Assembly: GCA_963722265.1 (NCBI GenBank)
Contig: CAVRKR010000005.1
Location: 93,010 to 157,009 of the forward strand
Length of the DNA: 64,000 bases
From: an uncultured Alphaproteobacteria bacterium
GTDB taxonomy: Bacteria > Pseudomonadota > Alphaproteobacteria > Rhizobiales > Xanthobacteraceae
Reading direction: 5' to 3'
The stretch's first letter is position 1, and each line of letters opens with the position of its first letter. The position numbers and the translations under genes were made by a program. Below, one piece after another: positions 42,250-55,909 of this stretch. A model generated the notes under the pieces. That model was given only the letters and a program-made list of their open reading frames with translations. It was not told the origin of the DNA and searched no databases.

Positions 42250-43500
42250 ATGGTGGATCCGTTCGATCCCAACTCCCAACCTGACCAGTCTGGAACCAGC
42301 AAGTCCCGGACCTCGGGTTCGCAAGCGACCCGGCGGACCGCGGTTGGGCTGATTCTCGGCGCGCCGCTGCTTGGCGCCTGCGCGAGCGTGCAGCAAAGCA
42401 TCAGCCAGTTTTCCAGTCCGTTCAGCTCGCAGCCCGCGGCTGCTCCCGCTGGCGTGCCGCAGCAACCGGTGGCGGTCGGCACCGGGCAGGTCAAGGTCGG
42501 TTTGATTCTGCCGCTGTCGGCGGCAGGCAATGCCGGCGTCGCGGCGCAGTCGATGAAGAACGCCTCCGAGATGGCGCTCTCGGAATTCCTCAACCCCAAC
42601 CTGCAGCTCCTGATCAAGGATGACGGCGGCAGCCCGCAGGGCGCGCAGCAGTCGGCGCAGCAGGCGCTCGATGAGGGCGCTGAGATCATTCTGGGTCCGC
42701 TGTTTGCATCGTCGGTGCCGGCGACCGCACAGGTCGCGCGCGGGCGGGGGATTTCCGTGATCGCGTTCTCCACCAATTCAAGCGTGGCGAGCCGCGGCGT
42801 CTATCTCCTCAGTTTCCTGCCGGAGTCTGACGTCAACCGGATCGTCGAATATGCCGCCAGCACCGGCAAGCGATCCTTCGTCGCCATGCTGCCGGAGAAC
42901 GCCTACGGCAACGTGGTGGAAGCCGCCTTCAAGCAGGCGGTACCGAAAAGGGGCGGGCGGATTGTCGCGTTCGAAAAATACGGGGCCGATCGCGCCACCG
43001 CGGCGCGGAACGTGGCCCAGGCGCTCGGCCAAGCCGACGCGCTCTTGCTCGCCGACGATGGCGATGCGGTGGTTTCTGTGGCGGACGCACTGGCTGCGGC
43101 CGGCGCCAATTTGCAAAACATTCAGCTACTCGGCACAGGCCTGTGGGACAATCCCCGCGTGTTCGCGAGCTCCAGGTTGCAGGGCGGGCTTTTCGCAGCA
43201 CCGGATCCTGCCGGCTTTCGAAATTTCGCAAGTCGCTACCGGCGCAAATTCAGTACCGAGCCGGTACGCACCGCGACGCTCGCCTATGACGCGGTGGCGC
43301 TGACCGCCGCATTGTCGCGAACTCAGGGCGGGCAACGCTTCTCCTCCGACGTGCTGCTCAATCCGTCGGGCTTTGCCGGCATCGACGGACTGTTCAGATT
43401 TCGCGCCGACGGCACCAATGAGCGCGGGCTTGCGGTGATGCGGGTCAATTCCAGCGGCGCGGTGCCGGTCGCCGGCTCGCCGAAGAGTTTTGGGGCGTAG
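42250..43500 (+). CDS. LpoA/LppC-like lipoprotein (periplasmic binding protein fold)
   Basis: TRR...LGAC lipobox, KVGLILPLS, ILGPLFA, LAYDAV, GIDGLFRF; divergent from rsmI. Confidence 0.85.
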   Translation: MVDPFDPNSQPDQSGTSKSRTSGSQATRRTAVGLILGAPLLGACASVQQSISQFSSPFSSQPAAAPAGVPQQPVAVGTGQVKVGLILPLSAAGNAGVAAQSMKNASEMALSEFLNPNLQLLIKDDGGSPQGAQQSAQQALDEGAEIILGPLFASSVPATAQVARGRGISVIAFSTNSSVASRGVYLLSFLPESDVNRIVEYAASTGKRSFVAMLPENAYGNVVEAAFKQAVPKRGGRIVAFEKYGADRATAARNVAQALGQADALLLADDGDAVVSVADALAAAGANLQNIQLLGTGLWDNPRVFASSRLQGGLFAAPDPAGFRNFASRYRRKFSTEPVRTATLAYDAVALTAALSRTQGGQRFSSDVLLNPSGFAGIDGLFRFRADGTNERGLAVMRVNSSGAVPVAGSPKSFGA

Positions 43501-43505
43501 TCATT

Positions 43506-43623
43506 GTCGTTCCCGCGAAAGCGGAACCCATGACCACCGGCCTTCGTTATCGCTCAAGGCAACCAACCCAGCGATCAATCGAGAGGCCGCGGTGTGTGGG
43601 TCCCTGCCTTCGCAGGCACGACG
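43506..43623. repeat. REP-like palindromic element
   Basis: GTCGTTCCCGCGAAAGCGGAACCC ... GGGTCCCTGCCTTCGCAGGCACGAC; same family as 14722. Confidence 0.7.
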
Positions 43624-43631
43624 GCTGATGA

Positions 43632-44831
43632 TCACGCCGCGAGATCGGCCACCACCGCATCGAGCACCGGGAATCCGGACCCCGTGACGCGCAGCCGGCC
43701 GGTGTCATCGACGGAGATCGCGCCTTCTTCGCGCAGGATGGCGATGCGGCGGGGATCGAGCGGCCGGCCCGACAGAGCCGCATAGGCCTGCGGGTCGATG
43801 CCTTCGGCGAGCCGCAGCCCCATCAGCAGGAATTCGTCGGCGCGTTCTTCGCTGTTGAGGGAATCGTCGGTGACGACGCCATGGCCGTTGGCCTCGACGC
43901 GCATCAACCACGCCTCCGGCCGCTTCTCGGTCGATATCGCGTGCCTCACCCCGTCCAGATCAAGACGACCATGCGCGCCGGGGCCGATGCCGGCATATTC
44001 CTGGCCGCGCCAGTACACGAGATTATGCCGGCATTCCGCGCCGGCGCGCGCGTGATTGGAGATTTCGTAGGCCGGCAGGCCGCGGGCTGCGCAGACTTCC
44101 TGCGTCACATCATAAAGCGCACGCGCCATTGCCTCGTCCGGCGTCTTCAGCTTTCCGGCGGCATGCAGACCAAAGAACGGCGTGCCTTCCTCGATCGTCA
44201 ATTGATAGAGCGACAGGTGCTCGGCCGCTTCCGCGATCGCAAGCTTCAGCTCATCGGCCCACATCTTGGGCGTCTGGTCGGGGCGGGCGTAGATCAGGTC
44301 GAAGGAATAGCGCCCGAACGCGGTGCGCGCGATCGCGACCGCATCGAGCGCTTCGCGTGCGCTGTGCAGACGTCCGAGTATCTTCAGCGAAGCATCGTCC
44401 AGTGCCTGCACCCCAAGCGAGACGCGGTTGACGCCGGCCACCCGATAGCCGGCAAAGCGCGTGGCCTCGACGCTGGTGGGATTGGCCTCCAGCGTGACCT
44501 CGACGTCGTCTGCCACGCGCCAGTGCTTGCCGATCGCATCCAGGATCGAGCCGACAGTCTGCGGCCGCATCAGCGATGGCGTGCCGCCGCCGAGAAAGAT
44601 CGACGTCACCTCGCGGCGCGGCGCGCGCTCTGCCGTGGTTTCGATCTCGCGGGCGAAGGCGCGGGCGAACCGGTCCTCATCGATCGCGACGTGACGGACG
44701 TGGCTGTTGAAATCGCAATACGGGCATTTCGACAGGCAAAACGGCCAGTGCACATAAACGCCGAAGGCATCTGTTTTTCCCTCTCCCGCTGGCGAGGGAG
44801 GGCTGGGGTGGGGGCTCTTCGCGTTAGTCAA
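43632..44831 (-). CDS. hemW: Radical SAM heme chaperone HemW
   Basis: [32 protein letters not shown]. Confidence 0.93.
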   Translation of the reverse strand: MTNAKSPHPSPPSPAGEGKTDAFGVYVHWPFCLSKCPYCDFNSHVRHVAIDEDRFARAFAREIETTAERAPRREVTSIFLGGGTPSLMRPQTVGSILDAIGKHWRVADDVEVTLEANPTSVEATRFAGYRVAGVNRVSLGVQALDDASLKILGRLHSAREALDAVAIARTAFGRYSFDLIYARPDQTPKMWADELKLAIAEAAEHLSLYQLTIEEGTPFFGLHAAGKLKTPDEAMARALYDVTQEVCAARGLPAYEISNHARAGAECRHNLVYWRGQEYAGIGPGAHGRLDLDGVRHAISTEKRPEAWLMRVEANGHGVVTDDSLNSEERADEFLLMGLRLAEGIDPQAYAALSGRPLDPRRIAILREEGAISVDDTGRLRVTGSGFPVLDAVVADLAA

Positions 44832-45459
44832 GGCAGATCTCCGCCAGTTTGACGAAGGCGCGGGCGCGGTGCGACAGCCCCATTCCGAGCGGCGGCAGGC
44901 CGTGTTTCTCGATCGAGGTCATTTCGCCGAACGTGCGGGTATGCCCGTCGGGGAGGAACATCGGGTCGTAGCCGAAGCCGGCGGTGCCGCGCGGCGGCCA
45001 CACCAGCGTGCCGTCGACGCGCGCCTCGACTTCCTCGACATGGCCGTCGGGCCAGGCGACGCAGAGCGCGGAAACGAAATGCGCGCCTCGTTTGGAGGGT
45101 TGCGTGGCGCCGCGTTCTTGCAACAGCCGTTCGATCCGCGCCATCGCGGCGGCAAAATCCTTGTTCGCTCCCGCCCAGCGCGCCGAATAAACTCCAGGCG
45201 CGCCGTCGAGCGCATCGACGACCAGTCCGGAATCGTCGGCGAAGGCGGGAAGCCGCGCGGCCTTGGCCGCGGCGACGGCCTTGATCCGTGCGTTTGCAAC
45301 AAAGCTGTTGCCGGTCTCCTCGGGCTCGGCAAGGTCGAGGTCATTGGCCGATACTGCTTCCACGCCGTGCGGCGCCAAGAGCTCGCTCATCTCGGCAAGC
45401 TTTCCGGGATTGTGGGTCGCGATCACAAGCTTTCCAGCGATTCGACGATGCATGATCAC
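44824..45459 (-). CDS. rdgB: dITP/XTP pyrophosphatase
   Basis: [33 protein letters not shown]. Confidence 0.95.
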   Translation of the reverse strand: MIMHRRIAGKLVIATHNPGKLAEMSELLAPHGVEAVSANDLDLAEPEETGNSFVANARIKAVAAAKAARLPAFADDSGLVVDALDGAPGVYSARWAGANKDFAAAMARIERLLQERGATQPSKRGAHFVSALCVAWPDGHVEEVEARVDGTLVWPPRGTAGFGYDPMFLPDGHTRTFGEMTSIEKHGLPPLGMGLSHRARAFVKLAEICLD

Positions 45460-45543
45460 GGCCGCCTATAATTCGTCATAGCCGTCCGGAGGATGGTGTC
45501 GCCTCCGTGTCGCCTGTGCCCCGGCGTGACAGGCAAATGTGGT

Positions 45544-46257
45544 TCACGCCACGGCCATTTTCTGCAGGTCCACCAGCCGCGCCACGCCCTTGCGCGCCAG
45601 CGCCATCAGCGCGAGGAACTCATCCTGCGTAAACGGCGTCTTCTCCGCCGTGCCTTGCACCTCGATGATGCGGCCGTCTCCGGTCATGACGAAATTGGCG
45701 TCGGTCTCGGCTTCCAAATCCTCGGCATAATCGAGGTCGAGCACCGGCGTGCCGTTAAAGATGCCGCATGAGATCGCAGCGACGTTGTCGCGCAGCACAT
45801 TGGCCTTGATCATGTTGCGGGCCTTCATCCAGGAGATGCAGTCGGCGAGCGCGACCCAGGCGCCGGTGATCGAGGCCGTCCGCGTGCCGCCATCGGCCTG
45901 CAACACGTCGCAGTCCACCGTGATCTGGCGCTCGCCCAGTGCTTCGAGGTCGACGGTGGCGCGCAGCGAGCGGCCGATCAGGCGCTGGATCTCCACGGTG
46001 CGGCCATTTTGCTTGCCGGCCGAAGCCTCGCGGCGGGTACGTTCCAGCGTCGCCCGCGGCAGCATGCCGTATTCGGCCGTCACCCAGCCGCGGCCCTGTC
46101 CCTTGAGCCAGGGCGGCAATCGCTCTTCCAAGGTCGCGGTCACCAGCACATGGGTATCGCCGAATTTAACCATGCAGGAACCCTCGGCATATTTGACCAC
46201 GCCGCGTTCCAGCGATACGGCGCGCAGTTCATCCGGCGCACGGCGGCTTGGCCGCAT
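45544..46257 (-). CDS. rph: Ribonuclease PH
   Basis: [34 protein letters not shown]. Confidence 0.97.
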   Translation of the reverse strand: MRPSRRAPDELRAVSLERGVVKYAEGSCMVKFGDTHVLVTATLEERLPPWLKGQGRGWVTAEYGMLPRATLERTRREASAGKQNGRTVEIQRLIGRSLRATVDLEALGERQITVDCDVLQADGGTRTASITGAWVALADCISWMKARNMIKANVLRDNVAAISCGIFNGTPVLDLDYAEDLEAETDANFVMTGDGRIIEVQGTAEKTPFTQDEFLALMALARKGVARLVDLQKMAVA

Positions 46258-46409
46258 GGTAAATCCTCCAATTCAGCGAGGTTTAAGGGCTCGCCGTGCT
46301 TGTAGGTGCGGGAACCGGCTGCGGCAAGGGCTTTTGGCGCTCATTGCTTGCTTGTCACCGGGCCCCTAGATGGAGAGAATTGGCCCCGGTCGTTGTCAGG
46401 AGTTTCCGT

Positions 46410-47498
46410 TTGGCCCACCACGAACCGATTGGCCTTATTACATCGCATGCCGGGCTTGCCCAGCTCAACGAGCGCTCGCGGGATATTTTCCGCCAGATCG
46501 TCGAGAGCTATCTGGCAACCGGCGAGCCCGTCGGCTCGCGCAATGTTTCCCGCCTGATCGCGGTTCCGCTGTCGCCGGCCTCGGTGCGCAACGTGATGGC
46601 CGATCTCGAGGCGCTCGGCCTGATCTATGCGCCGCATACCTCGGCAGGCCGGCTGCCGACCGAAATTGGTTTGCGGTTCTTCGTCGACGCCTTGATGCAG
46701 GTGGGTGATCTCACCGAAGCCGAACGGCAGTCGATCCAGACCCAGCTCGCCTCCGTCGGCAAGGCGCAATCGGTCGAGGCCGCGCTTGGCGAAGCGCTGA
46801 CGCGGCTGTCCGGCCTCACGCGAGCCGCCGCGGTGGTGTTGACGGGCAAATCCAATGCGCGCCTGAAGCATATCGAATTCGTTCGCCTGGAGCCGGAGCG
46901 CGCGCTGGTGGTGCTGGTCGGCGAGGATGGTCAGGTCGAGAATCGCGTGCTGGCGCTGCCGCCCGGCGTTCCCTCCTCGGCCTTGATCGAGGCGGCCAAT
47001 TTCCTGAATGCGCGGACCAGAGGGCGGACGCTGGCGGAAGCGCGTCTCGAGCTTGAGACCGCATTGGTGGAGAGCCGCGCCGAACTCGATCAACTGACGC
47101 AAAAGGTGATCGCGGCAGGGATCGCGAGCTGGTCCGGCGGCGAAAACGAAGACCGGCAACTGATCGTGCGCGGTCATGCCAATCTGCTCGAAGACCTGCA
47201 CGCGCTCGAAGACCTTGAGCGCGTCAGATTACTGTTTGACGATCTCGAGACCAAGCGCGGCGTGATCGATCTGTTGGGCCGCGCCGAGCGCGCCGAGGGC
47301 GTGAGGATCTTCATCGGGTCGGAGAACAAGCTGTTTTCGCTGTCGGGCTCCTCCACGATCATTGCACCCTATCGGGACGCGGCGGGCCATATCGTCGGCG
47401 TTCTCGGCGTGATCGGGCCGACCCGGCTCAATTATGCGCGGGTGATACCGACCGTCGACTATGCGGCGCGCATCGTCAGCCGCCTGCTCGGCGGATGA
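46410..47498 (+). CDS. hrcA: Heat-inducible transcription repressor HrcA
   Basis: [40 protein letters not shown]; TTG start with AGGAG RBS. Confidence 0.95.
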   Translation: MAHHEPIGLITSHAGLAQLNERSRDIFRQIVESYLATGEPVGSRNVSRLIAVPLSPASVRNVMADLEALGLIYAPHTSAGRLPTEIGLRFFVDALMQVGDLTEAERQSIQTQLASVGKAQSVEAALGEALTRLSGLTRAAAVVLTGKSNARLKHIEFVRLEPERALVVLVGEDGQVENRVLALPPGVPSSALIEAANFLNARTRGRTLAEARLELETALVESRAELDQLTQKVIAAGIASWSGGENEDRQLIVRGHANLLEDLHALEDLERVRLLFDDLETKRGVIDLLGRAERAEGVRIFIGSENKLFSLSGSSTIIAPYRDAAGHIVGVLGVIGPTRLNYARVIPTVDYAARIVSRLLGG

Positions 47499-47610
47499 TC
47501 TTGACCGGTAGCAGCAGCCCGGCCCTGTCCTTTTGAACGATTTATTCGCCCGAGGCGGTACTCGCGCCCCGACCCGGCCCTGGAGGGGCTTTGTTGAAAA
47601 GCGCACGGCG

Positions 47611-47640
47611 CTTGATTTTCTGCGGTTGAAGCACGATATC
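47611..47640 (+). promoter_or_regulatory. Putative RpoH promoter of grpE
   Basis: CTTGA...ACGATATC resembles the alphaproteobacterial CTTG-N17-CCTATAT consensus. Confidence 0.4.
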
Positions 47641-47701
47641 CCGGCCAACCATTCCAACCATTCCCTACCATCCCTTTAAGACTTTCCGAGAAGGCAGTGT
47701 G

Positions 47702-48301
47702 ATGACCGATACCAACGGGCAAAAGGAAAATCCGGCTAATCCGGCGCAAGGCCCCGAGCCCGTGGTTTCCAAGCCCTACATCATGCCCGACGATCCCGAG
47801 CCCGGATCGGCGGAGGCGCTGGCCAAGGAAGCCGCGGAACTGCGCGACAAGATGCTGCGGACGCTTGCGGAGATGGAGAACCTGCGCAAGCGCACCGCCA
47901 AGGAAGTTGCCGATGCGCGCGCCTATGGCATCACCGGATTTGCGCGCGACGTGCTCGACATCGCCGACAATCTGCAGCGTGCGCTCGATGCGGTTCCGGC
48001 CGCGACCAGGGAGTCCGCCGATCCGATGCTCAAGACGCTGATCGAAGGCGTCGAACTGACCGAACGCTCGCTTCTGAACGTGCTGGAGAAGAACGGCGTC
48101 AAGAAATTGGACCCGTCGGGCGAAAAATTCGATCCGAATTTCCAGCAGGCGATGTACGAGGTGCCGGACGCCTCGGTCCCGCCGGGTACGGTCGTGCAGG
48201 TCGTGCAGGCCGGCTACATGATCGGCGAACGCGTGCTGCGGCCGGCACTTGTTGCGGTCGCCAAAGGCGGCGCCAAGGTCGGCGCTTCCGAACAGAACTG
48301 A
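47702..48301 (+). CDS. grpE: Nucleotide exchange factor GrpE
   Basis: [38 protein letters not shown]. Confidence 0.97.
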   Translation: MTDTNGQKENPANPAQGPEPVVSKPYIMPDDPEPGSAEALAKEAAELRDKMLRTLAEMENLRKRTAKEVADARAYGITGFARDVLDIADNLQRALDAVPAATRESADPMLKTLIEGVELTERSLLNVLEKNGVKKLDPSGEKFDPNFQQAMYEVPDASVPPGTVVQVVQAGYMIGERVLRPALVAVAKGGAKVGASEQN

Positions 48302-48309
48302 GGCGTGCG

Positions 48310-49026
48310 CTAGACCGCGATATCGCTCGACTGGATGCGCTTGACGCCGGCCTTCGCCATATCCGCCCAGGCTTTGGCGAGCGAGCCCTGCGTATCGATG
48401 CCGCGACAGGCATCTTCGATGACATAGGCCTCGAAGCCCGCTTTTCGCGCATCCATGGCGGTCCAGGCGACGCAGAAATCGGTCGCGAGTCCGGCGATGA
48501 AAAGCCGCTGCAGCTTGCGCGCCTTGAGGTAGGCGGCAAGCCCCGTCGTGGTCTTGCCGTCGGCCTCGGTAAAGGCCGAATAGCTGTCGACGTCCTTGTG
48601 GTACCCCTTTCGAATGACGAGTTCTGCCTGTGGGATCGAGAGATCCTTCGAAAGCCCGGCGCCGTCGGTGCCCTGCACGCAGTGATCGGGCCACAAGACC
48701 TGTTTGCCATAGGCGAGATCGATGACTTCGAAGGGCTTCTTGCCGGCATGCGCCGAGGCGAATGAGATGTGGCCCGCGGTGTGCCAGTCCTGCGTCATCA
48801 CCACATTGGCAAATCCCTTGGCAAGGCGGTTGATCACCGGAATCACCTGATCGCCGTCCTTCACGGCGAGGCTTCCGCCGGGCAGGAAGCAATTTTGAAC
48901 GTCGATCACAAGCAAGGCCGAAGCGTCGTCAATCTTGATCGAGGCCGCCGCCCGTAGCGATCTTGAGGCCAGCGTCGTCACAGCCATGATACCCATGCCC
49001 GCGAGAATCTGCTTTCGGTTCAGCAT
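48310..49026 (-). CDS. pncA: Nicotinamidase/pyrazinamidase with N-terminal export signal
   Basis: IDVQNCF, TQDWH, WPDHCVQ, DSYSAF, GLATDFCV. Confidence 0.9.
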   Translation of the reverse strand: MLNRKQILAGMGIMAVTTLASRSLRAAASIKIDDASALLVIDVQNCFLPGGSLAVKDGDQVIPVINRLAKGFANVVMTQDWHTAGHISFASAHAGKKPFEVIDLAYGKQVLWPDHCVQGTDGAGLSKDLSIPQAELVIRKGYHKDVDSYSAFTEADGKTTTGLAAYLKARKLQRLFIAGLATDFCVAWTAMDARKAGFEAYVIEDACRGIDTQGSLAKAWADMAKAGVKRIQSSDIAV

Positions 49027-49281
49027 GTCGTGTCTCCCTGGTAAAGTTAGCGCCAGCAAATCAGGTCGGCGAACCATCGTAAAGAGATTCAGGCGATCGG
49101 AACGGCACGCCCGCCCCCAGTGTCCCGGTTCCGAAGTTCGCATCTTGGTGCAGCACCCCCGTTTGCGAACTTCGGAATCCGAGGGACACTAGCAAAATAT
49201 TGGATTCTAGTGTGGCCTTGGTTCAGAAGTCCGCGTGCGGGAACAAGCGGCGGCACCGATGCGGACTTCTGAACCGCCACA

Positions 49282-50223
49282 CTAGCGCGGCTGAACCCCA
49301 TCGCGCACCGCGCGGAAGCGCGGAAAGGCCTTCGCCCATTGGTCGCGCGGCGCGCTGCCGATGATTCGCAGGGAATATTGACCGCCGAATCGGAACCACT
49401 GCACCACGGTGACGGGCGTATTGTCCTTGCCGCTGGTTGCGTCCATCCGCGTTTCATATCCAGCCGTGCCGTCGATGCGCATCGGCTCGGACATCGTGAT
49501 CCGCGCGCTGCGCACGCCGGGGATCGAGGTCGCGGCCTGCTCGGCAAAGCGTCCGCGATCCTCAGGCAGCGTCGGCGTCGCGGCCGTCAAGCCTATCATC
49601 ATGAAGGGCGACGTCTCGGGGCTGGATGTTTCGTCGCTATCGGAGAGAAAAACGGAGCCGCCGGGCGTCAAGGTGCGGACATTCTTGAAGTCGCCGAGCT
49701 CGCTGACCTTGAACGGCATCAACCCCAGGATCTCGTCGGCCGGCACTTCCTTGCGGACGGTTGCCGACGCAAACATCTGGCGTACCGCCTCGTCGGTGTA
49801 GATCTTGCCGGCGTTCTCGGGGACCTGTACGGCGACATAGCCGGAGAAGGTGCCGCCCGACAGGATCATTGAATAGCGCCGCACAGTGTTCGTGCCGTTC
49901 TTGGCGGTTTCGACCGTGTAGTAGGCGATTCCTGCCGCGGTTTCGATGCTCTCGGGCTTGGCGCCGCTGGCGACCGCCGGATTGGTCTTGAGCGCATTCA
50001 TGACCTCGCCATAGGCCTCGGCCGGAAGCTCCGCCACCAGCACCTTGACGCTTTCATCCTGGCTTTGAAAGCCGGCGAATGTCTTTGCGGGGGCAAGTCC
50101 TACCAGCGGCACCATCCCGATCCGGATGCCGGGCGGAAAAACCAGATCCGCGGCCAGTGCCTGGCTTGCGGCGAGCACGAGCAGGGCCAGGGCCAACGCG
50201 GAAATGGGTCGGATACGTTTCAT
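49282..50223 (-). CDS. Secreted hypothetical protein
   Basis: Signal peptide ...SQALA; long ORF with host codon use. Confidence 0.75.
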   Translation of the reverse strand: MKRIRPISALALALLVLAASQALAADLVFPPGIRIGMVPLVGLAPAKTFAGFQSQDESVKVLVAELPAEAYGEVMNALKTNPAVASGAKPESIETAAGIAYYTVETAKNGTNTVRRYSMILSGGTFSGYVAVQVPENAGKIYTDEAVRQMFASATVRKEVPADEILGLMPFKVSELGDFKNVRTLTPGGSVFLSDSDETSSPETSPFMMIGLTAATPTLPEDRGRFAEQAATSIPGVRSARITMSEPMRIDGTAGYETRMDATSGKDNTPVTVVQWFRFGGQYSLRIIGSAPRDQWAKAFPRFRAVRDGVQPR

Positions 50224-50444
50224 CGGCAATCTACTGGGTTTGCATTGAGGCCGTTCGGTGGTCGTCACACGGCCGGGGCCTGATCGGCCCGGGTCGCTTT
50301 TAACGGTTTTGCCAGCCAGACAACAGCGGCGCCGTGAGGCCTCGGACTACCCGCGTCTTGACCGGCGGCGGGCCCCCGTGGCCCTCACACTGCAACAATC
50401 TTTAAAGGTTGAGGCTTTTAGCGGATTAAGGTTGCGTCCGCCTC

Positions 50445-50472
50445 CTTGCAGGCCCTGCCCACCCTCCTATAT
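50445..50472 (+). promoter_or_regulatory. RpoH (sigma32) promoter of dnaK
   Basis: CTTG-N17-CCTATAT exact consensus. Confidence 0.75.
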
Positions 50473-50576
50473 GAGGCTCACCGTCGCAATATCGCGAGTA
50501 TTTGATCGTTGGGGGTTTGGATTGGTGCGCCGTCAGGGCCCAGCCGACCTGCCGCAAAAAGAAGGACATGAGGACC

Positions 50577-52478
<1,902 letters not shown>

Positions 52479-52491
52479 GGGCTTACGTCAT

Positions 52492-52546
52492 GACCCCCAT
52501 TCTTGCGAGCGCGCAAACGGCGTCTCGAGAGGTGGGGGTTATTTTT
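52492..52546 (+). terminator. Hairpin/terminator between dnaK and dnaJ
   Basis: ACCCCCA...TGGGGGT followed by TATTTTT. Confidence 0.5.
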
Positions 52547-52618
52547 CGTTAAGCCGAAGGCGGCATTGTGTGAGCCCATTCCTTCGGGATGAGGATGAAC
52601 TTCGGGCGGGTTTGACGG

Positions 52619-53743
52619 ATGTCCACCAAGCGCTGTTACTACGAAACCCTTGAAGTCGAGCGAAACGCGGACGAATCCAAGCTCAAGGCGGCATTCCGCA
52701 AGCTCGCGATGAAATGGCATCCGGACAAGAATCCGGGAGATGCCGCCAGCGAAGTGCGGTTCAAGGAAATCAACGAGGCCTATGAAGTCCTGAAAGACGG
52801 TGAGAAGCGCGCAGCCTATGACCGGTTCGGTCATGCGGCGTTCGAGCAGGGCGGCGGTGGGCCTGGCTTCGGGGCCGGTTTCGCCTCATCATTTTCGGAT
52901 ATTTTCGAGGACCTGTTCGGCATGGCCGGGCAGCGCGCCCGCGGCGGCCGCGAGCGCGGCGCGGACCTGCGCTACAACATGGAAATCACGCTGGAGGAGG
53001 CCTTCCAGGGCAAGACCGCGCAGATCGAAATTCCGGTCTCGGTCACCTGCGAATCCTGTTCCGGCACCGGCGCAAGGGCGGGCACCAAGCCAAAGACCTG
53101 CGCGACGTGCGGCGGCGCGGGCCGGGTGCGGCAGGCTCAGGGATTCTTCACGCTCGAGCGCACCTGTCCAGGCTGCCAGGGTCGCGGCCAGATGATCGAA
53201 GACCCATGCCCTTCATGCGCGGGCTCCGGGCGGGTGACGCGCGAGCGCACGCTGGCGGTCAACATTCCGCAAGGCGTTGAGGATGGAACGCGCATCCGGC
53301 TTGCCGGCGAAGGCGAGGCCGGCATTCGCGGCGGGCCGCCGGGCGATCTCTATATTTTCCTTTCGCTGGCGAGCCACGAATTCTTTCAGCGTGACGGCGC
53401 CGATCTGCATTGCCGTGTGCCGATTTCGATGGTGACGGCGGCGCTCGGTGGCGAATTCGAGGTGCCGACCATCGACAAGGGCAAGACCAAGGTGAAGATC
53501 CCGTCGGGAACCCAGTCGGGCCGGCGCTTTCGCATTGCCTCGAAGGGAATGCCGGTGCTCCGTTCGCGCCAAACCGGCGACATGTACGTCCAGGTCACGG
53601 TCGAAACGCCGCAGAATCTGACCAAGAAGCAACAGGAGTTGCTGGCGGAGTTCGAAAAAATATCTTCCGGCGCGACCCAACCGGAGGCGGCCAGTTTTTT
53701 TGCCAAGGTCAAGGACTTCTTCGGCAACCGCGCGAATACCTAA
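52619..53743 (+). CDS. dnaJ: Chaperone DnaJ
   Basis: HPD motif, G/F-rich linker, four CxxCxGxG repeats. Confidence 0.99.
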   Translation: MSTKRCYYETLEVERNADESKLKAAFRKLAMKWHPDKNPGDAASEVRFKEINEAYEVLKDGEKRAAYDRFGHAAFEQGGGGPGFGAGFASSFSDIFEDLFGMAGQRARGGRERGADLRYNMEITLEEAFQGKTAQIEIPVSVTCESCSGTGARAGTKPKTCATCGGAGRVRQAQGFFTLERTCPGCQGRGQMIEDPCPSCAGSGRVTRERTLAVNIPQGVEDGTRIRLAGEGEAGIRGGPPGDLYIFLSLASHEFFQRDGADLHCRVPISMVTAALGGEFEVPTIDKGKTKVKIPSGTQSGRRFRIASKGMPVLRSRQTGDMYVQVTVETPQNLTKKQQELLAEFEKISSGATQPEAASFFAKVKDFFGNRANT

Positions 53744-53943
53744 AGCTTAGGCGTCAAAGGGATTAGGTCTGCGCTTCGGTCCGGCGCCAAAACCACAGCG
53801 CGTGCATGGCCTTATCGCCGCACCGTGCCTTTGCCCAAAGGCCTTCGAAGGCGCGTTTTGCTTGACCGAAACGCCCGCGACCTATACCTGTTTGTGACCG
53901 TTTTCTGACAATGCCGCCAAACGCGGTCCCGCCTGGTAGCGAC

Positions 53944-54546
53944 ATGCCAATGCAATCGTCCGTGCGTGCGTTGAAAAAACCCCTCCGTCTCGACGACGAG
54001 GTCCGTTTTCTCCGTTCATGGATCGAGAAGCCGCTTCATATGGGCGCCGTCATGCCGTCGGGGCGGTTACTCGCCCGCACCATGGCCCAGTATGTGGATA
54101 TCGATTCCGCAGGCGCAGTTGTCGAACTCGGTCCCGGCACCGGCGCGATCACCAGCGCACTGATCGATCGCGGTGTAGATCAGAAACGCCTGGTATTGGT
54201 CGAATACAATCCGGGCTTCTGCGCGCTTTTGCGCGACCGTTATCCCTACGCCAGGGTGGTGCAGGCCGACGCCTATACGTTGCGGGACTCGCTGCGCCAT
54301 GTGCTAAGCGCTCCTGCTTCGGCCGTCGTCTCCGGCCTGCCGCTTGTCACCAAGCCGATGCAGACGCGCCTGAGACTAATTCGCGATGCCTTTGTGGCGC
54401 TCGCGCCGGGTGCGCCCTTCGTGCAGTTCACCTATTCGGTCGTCCCGCCGATCCCCAAATCGCTGCCGGGCGTTTCCACGGAAGCCTCCGAGCGCATCTG
54501 GATGAACCTTCCGCCGGCCCGCGTCTGGGTGTATCGGAAGGGCTGA
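53944..54546 (+). CDS. pmtA: Phospholipid N-methyltransferase PmtA
   Basis: GAVMPS, VVELGPGTG, VSGLP, QFTY, NLPPARVW; dnaKJ-pmtA synteny. Confidence 0.9.
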   Translation: MPMQSSVRALKKPLRLDDEVRFLRSWIEKPLHMGAVMPSGRLLARTMAQYVDIDSAGAVVELGPGTGAITSALIDRGVDQKRLVLVEYNPGFCALLRDRYPYARVVQADAYTLRDSLRHVLSAPASAVVSGLPLVTKPMQTRLRLIRDAFVALAPGAPFVQFTYSVVPPIPKSLPGVSTEASERIWMNLPPARVWVYRKG

Positions 54547-54588
54547 GCCATCCGCGCCGATGGTTCTCCCCGAGAACCGATTTAGATC

Positions 54589-55167
54589 ATGGCCGCGCCA
54601 AAAATCCTCGTGATCCCCGGTTCGCTCCGGACCGGCTCGCTTAATGCGAAGCTCGCGGCAGTGGCCGCGCATGCGCTTGCGCAAGCCGGCGCCGAGGTCA
54701 CCAATATCTCGCTCGCCGATTTCCCGCTGCCGATCTATGACGGCGACCTGCAGATCAAGTCGGGCGTGCCGAAGCACGCCGTCAATCTCAAGCGCATGAT
54801 CGGCGCCCATCATGGCGTTCTGATCGTGACGCCGGAATACAATGCTTCGGTCCCTCCGCTGGTCAAAAACACCATCGACTGGGTGACACGGGTCCAGGAT
54901 ATGCACGAGGCTCGCGGCCAGGTGTTTCGCGGGCGCCCCTTTGCGATCGCCGCGGCCTCGCAAAGCCGACTCGGCGGATCGCGCTCGCTGGCGGCGCTGC
55001 GGCTGATCCTTTCCGCCTGCCAGGCGATGGTAATACCGAACCAGCTCGCGCTGTCGTTCGCCGGCGAAGCCTATGATGATATGGACAGGCTGAAGCATCC
55101 GGCCGATATCGAAGCGCTGGCATCGTTGGTGCGGCAGCTGATCGACGTTTCGCAACGCTTGATGTGA
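54589..55167 (+). CDS. NADPH-dependent FMN reductase
   Basis: GSLRTGSLN, TPEYNAS, KNTIDW. Confidence 0.92.
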   Translation: MAAPKILVIPGSLRTGSLNAKLAAVAAHALAQAGAEVTNISLADFPLPIYDGDLQIKSGVPKHAVNLKRMIGAHHGVLIVTPEYNASVPPLVKNTIDWVTRVQDMHEARGQVFRGRPFAIAAASQSRLGGSRSLAALRLILSACQAMVIPNQLALSFAGEAYDDMDRLKHPADIEALASLVRQLIDVSQRLM

Positions 55168-55173
55168 GGTGAC

Positions 55174-55887
55174 ATGCAGCCATCCGCCATCGCTCCCCGC
55201 GACCGATTGATTGTGGCGCTCGACCTGCCGGGTGTTGAGCAGGCGGAAGCGATGATCGCGCGGCTTGGCGATAGCGTGACGTTCTACAAGATCGGCTATC
55301 AGCTTGGCTATGCCGGCGGGCTCTCGCTGGTCCGTTCGCTTGGCGCGGCTGGCAAGAAGGTATTCGTCGATCTCAAGCTGCACGACATCGGCAACACGGT
55401 GGCGGGTGGCGTCGAGAGCCTCAAGGCGCTCGGCGCGACATTCCTGACGGTGCACGCCTATCCGCAGACCATGAAGGCAGCCGTCGAAGCACGCGGGGAA
55501 GGCGGCGGTTTGAAGATTCTCGCGGTGACCGTGCTGACTTCGTATGACGACGGCGATCTTGCGGCCGCAGGTTATCGCATGGGCGTCGCTGAGCTCGTCG
55601 AATCGAGGGCCAGGCAGGCGAAGGCGCTCGGCGTCGATGGCATCGTTTGTTCGCCGGAAGAGGCCGGCGCTTTGCGCAAGATCGTCGGCGGTCAGATGAG
55701 TTTGGTAACCCCCGGCATTCGCCCGGCGGGCGCGGCGACCTTGGATCAGAAGCGCATCATGACGCCCGCGCGCGCGATTTCCGCAGGCTCGGATTATCTC
55801 GTGGTGGGACGGCCGGTGATCGAAGCCGAAGATCCGAAGGCTGCGGCCCAAGCCATCCAGGCCGAGATCGCCCGGGCGCTCGGCTGA
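55174..55887 (+). CDS. pyrF: Orotidine 5'-phosphate decarboxylase
   Basis: [37 protein letters not shown]. Confidence 0.97.
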   Translation: MQPSAIAPRDRLIVALDLPGVEQAEAMIARLGDSVTFYKIGYQLGYAGGLSLVRSLGAAGKKVFVDLKLHDIGNTVAGGVESLKALGATFLTVHAYPQTMKAAVEARGEGGGLKILAVTVLTSYDDGDLAAAGYRMGVAELVESRARQAKALGVDGIVCSPEEAGALRKIVGGQMSLVTPGIRPAGAATLDQKRIMTPARAISAGSDYLVVGRPVIEAEDPKAAAQAIQAEIARALG

Positions 55888-55909
55888 ACAGTCAAGGGAG
55901 AGATACAAG

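Noticed and set aside
46260-50576. CIRCE element upstream of hrcA, grpE or dnaK
   Set aside because: No TTAGCACTC-N9-GAGTGCTAA seen; RpoH-type promoters are present instead
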